From Torpedo marmorata (lineage: Eukaryota), in the NCBI GenBank assembly GCA_977017645.1, contig OZ360246.1, forward strand, positions 14,446,001-14,510,000: a stretch of DNA of 64,000 bases. Reading direction: 5' to 3'. Numbering within the stretch: position 1 is the stretch's first letter; every line of letters starts with the position of its first letter. This document shows positions 1 to 12,700 of this stretch, piece after piece. Made by a program: the position numbers and the translations under genes. The notes below the pieces were generated by a model. That model did not search any database. It was not told where the DNA came from and worked only from the letters and a program-made list of their open reading frames with translations.

Positions 1-17
1 GAAGCGCAAAGCAGCTC

Positions 18-638
18 ATGGAGAAGTCCCACAGAGAAAAGACAGACGTGTTCCTTAACCTGCTAAACCTGAGGAACATCCCTCGCGACACCACACTGGG
101 CTCACTGGCGCAACGGTTAATGTCAAGGCAGACCAGAACGACTCTGCCGGTAGCAAGGAGGCTTCTGGAACCTCAACTAAAAGACCCGCAAGAAGTCAAG
201 GCCCAGCTGCTGAACAGGAGGCTTATGCAAAAGAAATGGTACGATAGAACAAGTCGACCGCTCGAGCCATTGGCAGAAGGGCAAGTCATAAGAATGCAGA
301 CTCCACAGGGCTACGACCACACGGGGATAGTCGAAAGGAGCTGCCAGGAACCCAGATCATACCTAGTTCGTTCAGAGGGGAGGGTGTACAGAAGGAACAG
401 ACGGAACATCCTCCCAGTAAGGGAGCCACCCCCATCTCAGGCCAACCCAACAGAGACTGTATACCAGGATTTGGAACGCGAACCTGAGATCGGCGGGACT
501 CCCCCAGAAACCAACAAGAAGACAATAGACAATACACACTCTCAGGACGAGGCTCCCCAAGCCTCCACTTCCACAGAGGGCTACTACCGAACACGCTTTG
601 GGCGCATCTGTAAACCCAACCCGAAATATCAGGACTGA
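18..638 (+). mobile_element. 3' end of Ty3/Gypsy pol (integrase C-terminal region)
   Basis: ORF with LLNLRNIP..SLAQRLMSRQTRTTLP..PRSYLV..YRRNRR..YRTRFGR..KP, typical of the Gypsy integrase C-terminus; followed by a PPT and LTR. Confidence 0.85.
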
Positions 639-723
639 ACTGGGTTGGCTGTTTGATCAATGTCTGCAAATGTTTAAAATTGGTTTGAACTGTAATATGT
701 AAGGGGCCGCTCAAGAAAAGGGA

Positions 724-972
724 TGTAGACAGCCGCTCCCATCGGCTGCTCTGCACCCGCTGCAATCGCGTTGCAGCCACCGTACTCGCAACAGCGCATT
801 GCGCATGCGCGAGCTCGGTGAGGGCGGGTTAGTTTAAAATCGAGTACTTGCAGAGAGCAGAGGCCCACCTGCTGGGCTCTCTCTCTCTCTCTCTATGGCT
901 ATGTTCAGTAAACTGTTTGGTTAACATCACCTGCCGACTCGTCTCGTTACTCAGCACGTACAAGAACAAACA
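724..972 (+). mobile_element. 3' LTR of the Gypsy element
   Basis: PPT AAGAAAAGGGA (713-723) immediately followed by TGT; ends ...ACA, directly abutting a MITE end (973-1006). Confidence 0.7.
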
Positions 973-1006
973 GGGACCATAGCCAAAATAAAGTTGAGAA
1001 TGGCTG
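973..1006 (-). mobile_element. Terminal fragment of a hAT MITE (family of 36292-36476) interrupted by the Gypsy element
   Basis: gggaccatagccaaaataaagttgagaatggctg is a near reverse complement of the start of the 36292 MITE. Confidence 0.6.
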
Positions 1007-1220
1007 GTCTAGACAATTCTTAAATGCTGTCTACGACTCTGCTTCTACCACTCTCTCAGGCTGCGTGTTCCTAAATGGAAAAGGTCTCCTTCATATCCCC
1101 TCTAAAATTCTTACCCTAAATCTGTGTCCTCCAGTTTTATCTACGTCTGATATGGGGAAATGTTTCCTGCAGTCTACTCTATCTAAACCCTCATAATTTT
1201 ATATACCTCAGTCATGATAA

Positions 1221-1435
1221 AGGTAAAAAGGTAAAGGTTCCATTATTGTCACGTAATACTACATTTAGAATGTAACATACATGAAATTCTTTAATTTCTG
1301 TCTACCGTAAGGCAGACAGAGGGTCGTTATTTTGTCCAGCGCCCCTCACAGAAACCTACAGCACCTGGTGTTCCTTGGCGGTCTCCCCTCCAAGTACTGA
1401 CCAGTCCTGTGCCTGCTTAGCTTCCGAGATCAGAC
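1221..1435 (-). mobile_element. 5S rRNA-derived SINE (SINE3-type), 5'-truncated
   Basis: Reverse complement of 1352-1435 reads GTCTGATCTCGGAAGCTAAGCAGG..GGTCAGTACTTGGAGGGGAGACCGCC..GGTGCTGTAGGTTT (3' two-thirds of 5S rRNA), followed by a LINE-like tail ending TGACAATAA; sits inside a CR1 remnant. Confidence 0.85.
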
Positions 1436-3689
1436 AACCCAGTCCCTCTGAACCTCCTCCACTCGATGAAAAGCAGACTAGCCTCTCCTCATAAATGAAA
1501 CGCCAGCCCAGGCAACATCCTGGTGATCCTCCTCTGCACCTTATTCAACACTATCAGATCCTTCCTATTGTGTGGTGACCAAAACCGCACCCAGTACTCC
1601 AGTTTTACAATGATCTGTTAGATCCACTCACAAGGGTCAATATGTCCTCGGTTTAACACTTCATCATCACACCACAGCTCCCTCACTACCGCACCAATGC
1701 CAACTCTCCCTTTGAAGGTGGAAGAGATTAGATTTTTCTCAACATTTGTATCTTCTCTGTAACTTTTGTGAAAGTAGATAAAGCACGAGGTATTTGTTGT
1801 TTAAATAATGGATCAGGGGCTTCAGAAAAGGTTAATGCTCAAGGTGCAGAATCCCTTTGAGGCTGACATTCCAAGGATTTTGCAAATTCATTTTCAATCA
1901 TTGTCTGCAGTCACCCATTAAATGGTCCTGTCATGTTTGCAATAAAGTGTTGGCACTGGTGAAATGCAACAAAAATTTTAACAAACTGGGTTGGTAGGAG
2001 GAGGGGGGGGGATATTGGGGAGAAGTTTTGAGAGAAGCCCAAGAATCAGAGTCTTGCTCTACTTATCTTGTTCTGTGATCTCATTCCTGGAATTCAGCAG
2101 CTGGTGGCTGAAGGGGTCTTTTAGACCATTCCTTATCTGGTTCAATCAACCAAATAGTTGATCTTAGTCAGGAGTTTCACCCTCCAAGGCCTGGCGCACA
2201 AAACACATAGGCAAAGGCCCGAAGTTCTGCTTCCTTTGCCTCACTAATGACTGTTTTGCACTGTGAGCTGGGTCAGTTTATTCAGTCTGCATATGAAGAA
2301 AGGCTCTCGAGTCTGGACCCCCTCCCTCTTTACCTGTCAAAGGATCAGAAACAGCCTACTCAGCCCCTCTTCTATTATTCTGTGAGATCATGGCTGACCA
2401 GCAAGTCTTTTTTCTATTACAGGAGTCATTGCTCCTCTTAATGTCCATCTTGCGTTCCACCAAAGTTAAAAACATGCTAAAGGCTGCGATTGGCATTCCG
2501 GCCTGAAGTCGAAAGGCTGCTGGTTCAAGGTTCACTTGTATTCAAAATTTAACACGGATGGCCCTGACAGGACAATTCACTGTTGGAGATGGCCTATTTC
2601 AGATTAAATCTCAAACTAAAGCCCCACCTGCTGTTATGGATGGATTTAAAAATTACTGCCATACTATTTCCATTTTTCACTGAGGCCTGCTCTTGACAGT
2701 AACTTGTCCATGCAACACCACAGGAGATCAGCTAATATATTACACAGGTTCCTTTAAATTTTACCACCGCAATAATTTAGCATCCTCACATATGATGGAA
2801 TCTATTCCAATCCTTGTTGGCTTATTATTAAATTTATATCATACCATAAATGTCTCAGCCTGAATACCAAAGTGAACATACATTATAGGAGCGCATCCTA
2901 CAAGATTTAGGAAGGGGACATCTTCCAGTATGTCAAAGATTTACCAATGGACTGTGAATAAAGCAGCTGTTTGTTGGCAGCCACTACGCACCCTCTTCCA
3001 GCAAAACATCTGGGCTCATTTAGCTAAAGTAAATCCCCAAAAGCAATAGAAGTATGTGGAAAGAGAAATCTTTTTTCTCTAACCACCATCTATGATCAAG
3101 TTAAACTATGTAAACCCCACAATATGTTTGCACATTCAGATACTTGGCTCCATGACAGAGCGTTATTTGTTGTAAAATTATTTGCTGCTTGATTCGTGAT
3201 TTGCTGCACGAATGGGCCTCATGCCCTGGCTGCAGAGTGACATCTGATCTTGCTTCGTGCAGAGATTGAGCCTGTCTTTGGCCTTCAGCGTCAATGAGAC
3301 ATTCCTGCCTCTGAGTGAAACCCCGCTTCACTCTAACTGGTACAGTCACTAACTCTCCAAGATTGCCCTGGAATCACTAGAAATTGAAGATTAGACTCTG
3401 GGACATTAATGTAACCACAACCTGACAAAAGAATGACACCATTAACAAAAGAAAAATCATTATTTTTTTCTGAAAGTTTTTTTTTAAAGTTGTTGGTATA
3501 AGGTCATTGACTGAAATTGAAGAATCAACCAGACAGATAAAGAAAGGATGACTAGTTTTCTGGAAGCAATCCACACCAATACAAGCATGAAGCAATCAGA
3601 AGTCAGGGCTGGGATCTTACTTGAGGGATGGAGTGGTAGGCAGTAATTGGAGGCACTATGTCATGTGATAAGACTTCTTTGACTACGCT

Positions 3690-4003
3690 CAATTGAGTGG
3701 AGACATAGAACTGTGGCTCAGAATTCTGGCAGACATCCGTGGAACACTCCCGCCCACTCCCACCATTAATTTATGGGAGATATTTATGCGGCTGCAGAGG
3801 CTGCGGGAGCGCTGGAGGAAAATCCACGGACACTCAGTGACTCTGAAGGGTCTCTCTTTTGCTTCTCTTTCTCTCTTATTGTAAGGGGAACCAGGCAACA
3901 CTAATGGCGACTCTTTGTCTGCCTTGCGGCAGGCAGAAGGCAATTTCGTGTAATATTACATGTTCTGTGCTATTACATGACAATAAAGGAATCTTCAGTC
4001 TTG
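3690..4003 (+). mobile_element. Non-autonomous retroposon sharing its 3' tail with 18727-18869 and 26832-27365
   Basis: Shared GGACACTC.GTGACTCTG..CTCTCTTTTGCTTCTCTTTCTCT..TGTCTGCCTTGCGGCAGGCA..TGACAATAAA. Confidence 0.65.
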
Positions 4004-4742
4004 GATCTTAAATATTGACCAAGGCATTTGTGAGTGAGATGTTAAGCATGTCAAGTTGCCCCGTCGGCTCCTGAGAGGGAATTGGGTGGAGTTTGTTACA
4101 CCCCACGGACTATACGCTGCTCTGTTCATTCAAAGATAAAGTCTGCAGCTGTGACTCTGAGAAAGCCAGATGACAAAGAAGAAACTGGAGAAAATCCTCT
4201 ATTAAATTAATGGAACAGACATCCCCATCTGTGAAAACAGGTGCTGGATATTCACAGAACTTCCTGAATTCCCAAGTGTTTCACTAAAAGTTTGAGGGAA
4301 TCCTAAATTTGCTGCTGGTATTGTCAGATTCTGAAACGGAGGCATTCCATGAGTCACGTAGTGGATGTCCCATTTCACCGGGCAAAGACAAATGGTAAAT
4401 AAACACTGTAGTCGACTAAAACAATGTGGAACTATCAGGGGAATTCCTGCAGTCCCTGATACCTGATTCCTATGTCACGGTGCAGATGAACTTTCCCACA
4501 GATAGAGAATGATGCATCACTCCTGAACTTCACTGGTTGTTAAACAAGCGCACAGATTGAACTACTATTGAAATATATAGTCGACAGTACCCCAAATCTC
4601 CATAGTCTCCACCACTCCAATATGTCCAGCTCTACTGTTTATGCTGAATGCCTCGTTTTAGCTATCTATTATTTTTCCAGAGTGGAAGTTCTATATAAAT
4701 GCAGTGTTGAAGTGTTAAAGATTCACACATCAATGACTGTTT

Positions 4743-4940
4743 GGGTGGCACAGTTAGCGTAGCGTTTAGCGCAATGCTATTACAGCATCAGCGACCCGGG
4801 TTTGAATCCAGAGCTGTCTGTAAGGAGTTTGTACATTCTTCCCATGACCTGTGTGGGTTTTACCGAGTGCTCCGGTTTCCTCCCACCCTCCAGAAACATA
4901 CATGGTTGGTAGGTTAATTAGGTGTAATTTGGCGGCGGGG
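4743..4940 (+). mobile_element. tRNA-derived V-SINE (HE1-like)
   Basis: A-box/B-box-like head GGCACAGTTAGCGTAG..GGTTTGAATCC and V-domain GAGTTTGTACATTCT..GTGGGTTT..CTCCGGTTTCCTCCCA. Confidence 0.8.
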
Positions 4941-5486
4941 GTTTCAATGGATTCAAGAGATTTAGATAAATAGGAAAAACTTGTTATCTTAGCAGAAGAG
5001 TCAAGACTTAGAGCGCAAAGATTTCAGGTACTGGGGAAGTGGAACTTCCTGTCTGAAAGGGTAGTAGAAGAAAAACCTTCAGCACAGTTAATGAGTGTCT
5101 ATATTTGTACTTGAAGGTTGAATTAAGTTGAGAAGCTCTTTCTCAACTGGCACAGATATGATGGGTCAAATCGCCTTCTGCTTTGTAAATTTTCCATGCT
5201 TCGATGATTCTGTTGGTTGGAGATTGCTTCTATGGTTCCTAAAGTACTGATTGTAACTGCACCAAAGTGAATGGTTGGCCATAAAGCCATTTGGAAGAGC
5301 TTGAGCTCATGAGATGTCCGAGATAGATGCACGTTTTGCTTTCCCTTCATTGCATGATTTCTTTGCAGCGGTCAAGCTGATTGTGGTCACAGAGTCTCAA
5401 AGTGAACAGTTAGTTCAGATGTAAGGTCTTGACACGAAACATCAATTATCCCTTTGCCTCCACCGATGCTGCCTGACCAGCTGAGT

Positions 5487-5688
5487 AGTAAACACGAAAA
5501 TCTGTAGACACCGTAATAATGTAGTAAAAAACACAAAAGCTGGAGAACTCAGCAGGTCAAACAGTGTCTTTTATGTAGCAAAGGTAGAAATACATAACCG
5601 ACGTTTCGGGCTTGAGCCCTTCATCAAAGTATGAGAAAATGCCTGCCGGCATTTGACCTGCTGAGTTCTCCAGCTTTTGTGTTTTTTA
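5487..5688. mobile_element. Penelope pseudo-LTR mini-element (inverted arms, hammerhead-like motif) with 14-bp TSD
   Basis: Nearly identical to 40317-40457; CTGACCAGCTGAGT duplicated at 5473-5486 and 5689-5702. Confidence 0.75.
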
Positions 5689-8600
5689 CTGACCAGCTGA
5701 GTTCCCCCTGCAGTTTGGTTTTAGCTCCAGATTCCAGATTCTGCAGTTTTGAAATGAATGGTCAGTGTTCCAACTTACCACACACCCAATTCCTTCCCTT
5801 CCCATCTGCCAGATGTCCTCTGCTCTCACTTCTCATTTCCTGGTGGGGCTTGACTAACTCCGATGCGCAGTTCCCACGGTTACTGCCAGCCAACAACAGG
5901 AACAAGGCCACCGATTTGAAGGGCTGCGAATGAGGTATATCAGGGACAGAAGAAACAGCTTCCTGCAATAAACGCCCACATGCTCTTGTAACAGGGAAGG
6001 CCTTTATTGCAGGAAGTTATTCCTTCTGTCCCAGAATGTACCTTATTCACAGCCAACAGGCAAAGATTGATAGCTGGAGCATGCAATGTTTCCAGTGGGT
6101 GGAACCAGAGTTTTATTCAGTGGATTTCAGGTCACAGTGACTGACGATTTATCAGATTACCTGATTACCTATGTATGGATAGACTGATCAACACCCTGAC
6201 ATGATTGCAATGATCCAGTAATTGTATTGCGGCTGAGTTCCAGCTGAACTGATAGGTTGAATTCAACATCATGCACTCCTTCCACTTCACTGTCCCCAGA
6301 ATCAAGTGGATGAACTTGGCTGAACTTGGATGAAAGATAGCACTTGCATCTGAATTAGATGTTATAAATCTGCTTCACCTGCCAACGCTTTACGGAAATC
6401 CCACTGGAAGTCTGTAAGAAAGCAGACGGTACTGCTAGTTCTCAATCTCTTTCTCACGGAGGTCACAGTTTACTGAGGGAGAGGGGCATGCTAGTTAGTA
6501 TTAGGTGGGCGACACTCAACTTACCTGATGCACATCCATTAAATAATGCGATTTGCGCCAATTTTTGAATGGGGTTGGACAACCCATGTCTCAATTTGAT
6601 AATCCTGCATGAACAATCAAATTATGCTGAAATTTCAAGTAATCCATTTATGTTTCTACTTGTTCACTTTTGGGCAGTGGGCTCCACTGGAAGGGTTTGC
6701 ATTTATTATCCATCCCTAAGTGGTCATGAGAAGATGATGGTGTCGACTCACTGCAGATGTCTGTACATGGTGCGTGTACAATGTTGTTGCTAGATAATTC
6801 TCGGATAATGGTAAAGAACTGGTAATTTATTTTGAAGTCAGTCAATGTTAGGTAGGAGCAGTTGAGGTATTCCCATTCTCTGGTCTTCCATGGTGGTAGA
6901 GGTCAGAGTTAGAGAGGTCTTATGAGTAGTCTTAGGTCAGAAAATGCAATTGATGGTACATACCATACTTCCATGTGCCAGTGATGGAGGAAATGATTAT
7001 TTAGGTAGTGGATGGATGTCCTGAAAGCAGGCAGTTTTCACAAATCATTACCAAAACATTTGAGATACAAAATTTTTAAAAATGCTCTTATGGAACATAT
7101 GTGAACATAAATACCTGAATAAATAAATGGGTATAAAATGTATACAGAGAACTGAACTTGTTTACCAAGGACAATGATAGCAGGCTATCAGTTCACAGCA
7201 GGAGGCCACTGAAGAGATTTACTTTGGAAAATGACAAGGCAATCCTTTCTATTGATACTTTATCAAATAATGTAACATTCATTTCGAGTTAATTAAAACA
7301 ACAACCTTTTCACTTCTGCCTACAAAACAACAAATTAAAATAACAAACTGCTGGAGGAACTCAGCGGGTCAAAGAGCATCTGTGGGGTTAAAGAATTGTC
7401 AACATTTCAGGTAAAGACCCTGCAAGGGGAGTTGTGCCAGGTGCTCCTTTCATCTCATATACCAACAACGTGCTGATAGGTTAACTGGTCACGGTAAACC
7501 ACCCGTTAGTATAGGGAAGTGGCAAGGAATCAAAGGGAAGTTGATCAACATGTACAAGAGAGGGTAAGTTACAGGGCCACAGGAAAACAAAAGCGGAATG
7601 GGGCTGATGGGGGAACCAACATAAATTCAATGGGCAGAAGGGTTCATATTATGGAAGATAGAAAGATTCCTACTCTTCTTTTCTATTCATGAAAAATGAA
7701 CAATGAGGAGCTGGAGTGACTCGATGGGTCAGGCAGCATCCATGGAGAGAAAAGGTCAGGAAAGGTTTCCAGTTGGAACCTTTTGTTGAGACTAAAATAG
7801 GAAGGGGAGATAACAAGCTTAAAAAGGTGTGAGAGGCCAAGAGGCAGTAAGAAACTGGACAAATGAAAAAAGATGGGAGAGGTGGAGAGACAGGTAGGGG
7901 AGACCACGAGGGTGTTGAGAGGGGTGTTGGGGGGGTTGACAGAATAATGAGAATGGGAGCAGGTAAAGGGCAGATGGCAACAATGGAACCGTATTAAAGT
8001 GGGGGTTACCTAAAACTGGAAACCTTTCCTATTCAGGGACCTCTGCTGGAAGATGCCAGGATTGCATTCAACTTTCCTGCCTGGCCTCAAACATGAAGCA
8101 TAGCAACTATGGTCACACACTAACAGTGATGGACAATATTCCAGGTAATGCCTTCCACTCACAAGGGGTGAAGAGAGGAAATAAGACAGAAGACATGAAT
8201 TGAAAAAATAAATGCACAGAAGTATTTGTACATCAGCCGCTTATTCACAGAATCATTTGTTTATCAGATAGGTTAAGGGTCAGAATATCCACTTTTTGCA
8301 ACAGCGACAGCTTCAACCAATCATCTGCTGGGCATTGCCCAATCATAAGCTTTAAGCTCAACTGCTGGAAAACATCCTCCCTCCTACCTTGACCCTGTAT
8401 AAAAGTTTGACATTAGAATTTCCTGTTGTCTCTCCCCAGGGACACTTCAGACAACACAAGCAGCAATGCTAAATTCCAGGAATCTATCCAGTGAGGTCTC
8501 TGTCTAACAGGAAATGGTTGCAGAATTGCTGGAAGAATCGAGAAGTGTTGGAGGGAACAGAAACTTCAACCTCTCTTCTCCATCCCCAGTAGATTAGACT

Positions 8601-10894
8601 CGGACATAAAGATTTTAGAGTCTCCGGACTCTGGCAGTTATGACCATCGGGGGTTAAACACAAGCACAGCAAAGCTACCTGTTAATATACAGGATGGAAA
8701 TTCTACAGTGCCTGAAAAGCAGCGTTAAACCAGAGGTAGATGGAGTGGGGAATGGTGAGGTAAAAGCAGGACCTAACTGGAAGATGATGGACAGCTTGGA
8801 CTCCACAACAGCAGTTTAGATAAGGTCAGGCCCTCCCAACTCATGCAAAAGACTCTGGTCAGTGCAATTGGCTAGTCCAGCTTGCTGGCCTACTTGCTAA
8901 TGGTGTGGCGATTAAATTCAGAGATGATCAAGGGAACAGAACTGGAAATATTTTGACTAGGAGAGGCAAGACCATGCAGAGATTTGAAAAGAATGAGGAG
9001 GATTTTAAAAGCAAGCCAGATACCAGGCTAGGTGAGCAAACCCAGAGGTCATAAATAAAAGGTATTTCATGCAATTTGGAACAAACATAAATGGCAAGAT
9101 CGCACAAACAACAAATGCACCATTGAACAGAAACCAATTGAGCGCTGTTGGTCTGAGAATAAACATCAACTGAGGCAGACTTTACGCCAAAACTCAAAAA
9201 ACTGCAGATGCTGTTCTACTTTGCACTACCTGTTGTACTTAAGTATCGGTTGACTTGCCTCAATAACAAGTTTTTCACTATATGTGTGTACATGTGGCAA
9301 TGCCCAATTCAAATTGAAGTGCTCAAAATCTGAAAAACTGAAAGCGGAAATCTGAAATCTCGTGTTCTTCTTCAAATTGATCCTTTAAGTTCCCCTGAGA
9401 GACATCCTGATATCGCTGCACTCCCTCTGTACAGCACCAAGGGTGCCAAGCTGTGCCTTGTGTCCAAATGTGGTCCAGGTTGTTCTGATTTCTAAAATAT
9501 GTAATGAACTGCCAGGGGAAGCAGTACAGTTACAATGTTTAAAAACCATCTGGACAGGTACTTGGTGAGGAAAGGAGTCGAGGGATACAAGCCTAATGGA
9601 ATTAGACATCAAGGTTGTCATGGACGAGTTCAGCTGTAAGGTTAGTTTCTTTGCTATACAATTCTACGAGTCTATAACACTGGACACACAGATCAGGCAG
9701 CATCTGTGGAAAGAGAAACTATAACATTTCAGTTACGGGATCCTTCTGTTTCCCTTTCCACAGTTGCTGCTTGACCTGCTAAGTTTTCCCAGCATCTTCT
9801 GTTTTTCAGATTTCTAGCACCTGCAGTTTTTTTTTCCTTGCATCAAGTTGGCTGTATACAGATTCTTAATATGATCTCCGGAGTGGGATTTGAACACATA
9901 ACTTTCTGACTCTGGGTATAACAATTCTCCACGAGGCCCATAATTAAGTCAAGTGGTTTGATTTACTGGCAGCACCAGAGACACAGATGTGCCCCAGGAA
10001 TATTAACACAAGCTGACAATTACATTCAGCAACTGTGCTGGAAATGACTGAGTGGAGGAGGGAGAAGGAGGGAGTGGAACTCCCTCTGACAATGGCTGCC
10101 AGGTGCCCTTTGTTCTCCATGTCAAACAATTTGGAAACAGCCGAATTCAGGAAATAGGACTGGCACTGTTGGTCATAATGAAAGGGGCGTTCTCCTGAGG
10201 GTACAGATGCTCCAGGGCAGTGGCTTATTTGGCTGCAGGTCATTTCATTGTTCCCCAGTTAGCTCACCTGCTCATTAGTTCATGGCATTTTTATATGAAG
10301 TGTCAGGTTCAGATATAAAAGGAATGAAACTTCCCCAATGAGAAACAACAAAAATAATCACTGAACAATTTTCTTCTGATATAAATGTGTCTGCCTGTAT
10401 CTTTACCCTTGCTCAGAATAGGGCTTCATCAATTGGAGAGCCCCACAGATCCACAGACCGCTTTCACCCAGCTCTTTCCCCAAAGACCACATTTTATAAC
10501 CAGCATCATATTATTGCAGGAATTAAAGTAAATCCAGTCTCTAGAATATGTCAGCCTCATGGAATATAATAATTCAATTATGTCCAAATCTTTATGTATA
10601 ACATTGGAGAGAGTTCAGAAAATAATATCAAAGATGAGGGAATTTAGTTACTTGAAGAGAGTTAACAAGGCCATAAAAATCCTGATGGGTTTTGATCAAG
10701 AGAAGCTGTGTCCACTGGGAAGAGAGTCATAGATTTATTCAAATCTCAAAAAAAAGCAGATGACTGGGAATGATAATTCTTTTTCATACAGAAGGTTGAA
10801 ATAATTTTGAAAGCACTGCCTCAATTAGTGGTGGAAGCATAATCAATAATAACTTTCATTAAAAGAATTGGAAAAAGTAATTGAGAAGGTTACA

Positions 10895-11770
10895 GTCAAG
10901 TTCTCCCTGTGCCTGGTGCTGCACAGGATGGGTCTCTCCTCTTTGCTGTGGAACATTTATTCAGTTGAATCATTCATTTGATTGGACCTTGGCATACCAC
11001 CACTCCCTCGTAGAAAAGTTTCCAAGGAGAAATACCTTTGGCCAGAAGTCAATCAATGAATGGCCCAGAAGGAATGCCCTAGATGCTCTGCAGGAAAAGG
11101 AGATGGTAAATCCTGTCAGATGGTTCCTCAGTTTGCAGAATGCCTCATCACGAGAACTCATAAATCAATCCCAAGATCTTGCATGGCCGATGGCGAGAAG
11201 GGTCCTCCCTGTCAGATCCTTCACGTAGGCCAAAGATACAATTCAATTTGGGACCATCATCCACCTATTTCTGGAGTTTATGTTTGCCACTAGAAAGGAA
11301 TGTCGTGTTTCAGGTTCAGATTTATTCCAAGCCATAGCAGAACATGCTCTGTGGGCTGTTCCCAGGGACACGTACTGAGACCAACGCAGATGGTTTCTGG
11401 AAGACCAACAGCTTGAAGAAGGATTCACTTTGCTCTGCCCAAAACTATTTGGTCTTCTGGCGTTAGGATACTTCCACGAGTGAATGCTATTGTCTGCCAA
11501 GCTTCAAGGTGTAGAGTATGTGCTGAAGGACGCACTGAAGCTTAGTGCAGCCAAGACAATGGCTCTGTAGAAAAAGACCTAGACTCCTGCTGCCACCAGA
11601 AACCTACGAGCTGGGCCCCATTTAACAGCTTCTCTAATGTTTCAATGATGCATGATTTGAAACATCACTGTAAGTGTATGTATTGAATTGCTTGGTGCAG
11701 TGAATGGCATGACCATGATTGTATTACTGTATCTTTTATGAATAACGCATATTTTTTTGAAAAGAAAATA
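10895..11770 (+). mobile_element. Degenerate Tx1/L1-clade LINE 3' ORF2 fragment (zf-RVT region)
   Basis: NASSRELINQSQDLAW..RRVLPVRSF resembles the Tx1 NASSPELTNKHQDLAWL.VRRALPVR motif; many frameshifts. Confidence 0.6.
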
Positions 11771-12497
11771 AAGAAAATTGCAAGTTGATATGGTAGCAGC
11801 AGGACAGTAGGGTATTTGAACAACTCTTCTAAAGAGCTCAGATTTACTCCATCCAGAAGTCCAAAGCACATCTTTATCATTTTGTGAAAACTCCTTGATA
11901 ATCCATTGAAAATTTAACTTTATTAATTTGAATCTAGTAGGAGGCCTTGTTCTAATCCCAAAGCTTCATCGAACGTAATATTTGACATTTAGGAATGCTA
12001 TGAATGGGAAAGGAGAGTTTGATGTCTGAATTCTCCCATCCCTCAGCAGCGCCAACAGAATAAATAGAATAGTATAACATGAACTGTCTCAAAATAACTG
12101 AGTGTGTTATTCTGTGAAGTTAGTGAATTCACTCAAGGTGCGTTGGAAAAATTGGATTCAAGAAGCAAGTTAACCCTGGATAAGCCTTTCCAAATCCATG
12201 AAACCACAACAATTCAACACAAATTTGACAGCAACTTCCTGCATTCTTACAAATTTAAAACTTTTAAAAAAAGGAATCCCAGTACCGTGAAGACTCAGTA
12301 GATCAAGAAACAGCTGCATCCAAAATACATTTCTCTTCAATTATGTCAGAATTTTTACGCAGATCAGTGAGGCCTGTGAACTCCTATGAGGCCTAGTTCA
12401 GGCCTTTGGGCTCAAATTGTTCATTCAACAGCAATGTTTCTTTCACCATTCCCAGACAAACGCTGGAAGGGACTCGTCCACTGAGTGGGAATTTTAT

Positions 12498-12700
12498 GTA
12501 AAACCTCTGGTATTCGGCACCTATGGGGATTGGTATATGCCAGAAAAGTGAATTTGCCATTTGCTTGAGATTGCGGGTTGCACGGATTGTCGAACTGACC
12601 GCTAGGTGGCGCAAATTTTAAACTTTCGTATTTTTGGCCTATTTATTTTCCACAATTTTTTTGCCGGTTGCTTGAATTCCAGATAACGGGGATTTTACTA
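12498..12700. mobile_element. Old Tc1/pogo-type MITE
   Basis: Degenerate terminal inverted repeats gtaaaacctctggtattcgg / ccagataacggggattttac flanked by TA. Confidence 0.4.

Noticed and set aside
1352-1435. Functional 5S rRNA gene
   Set aside because: The first ~35 nt are missing, it is diverged, and it is fused to a retroposon tail.
4743-4815. tRNA gene
   Set aside because: It is the tRNA-derived head of a V-SINE; no cloverleaf, and repeated in several SINE copies.
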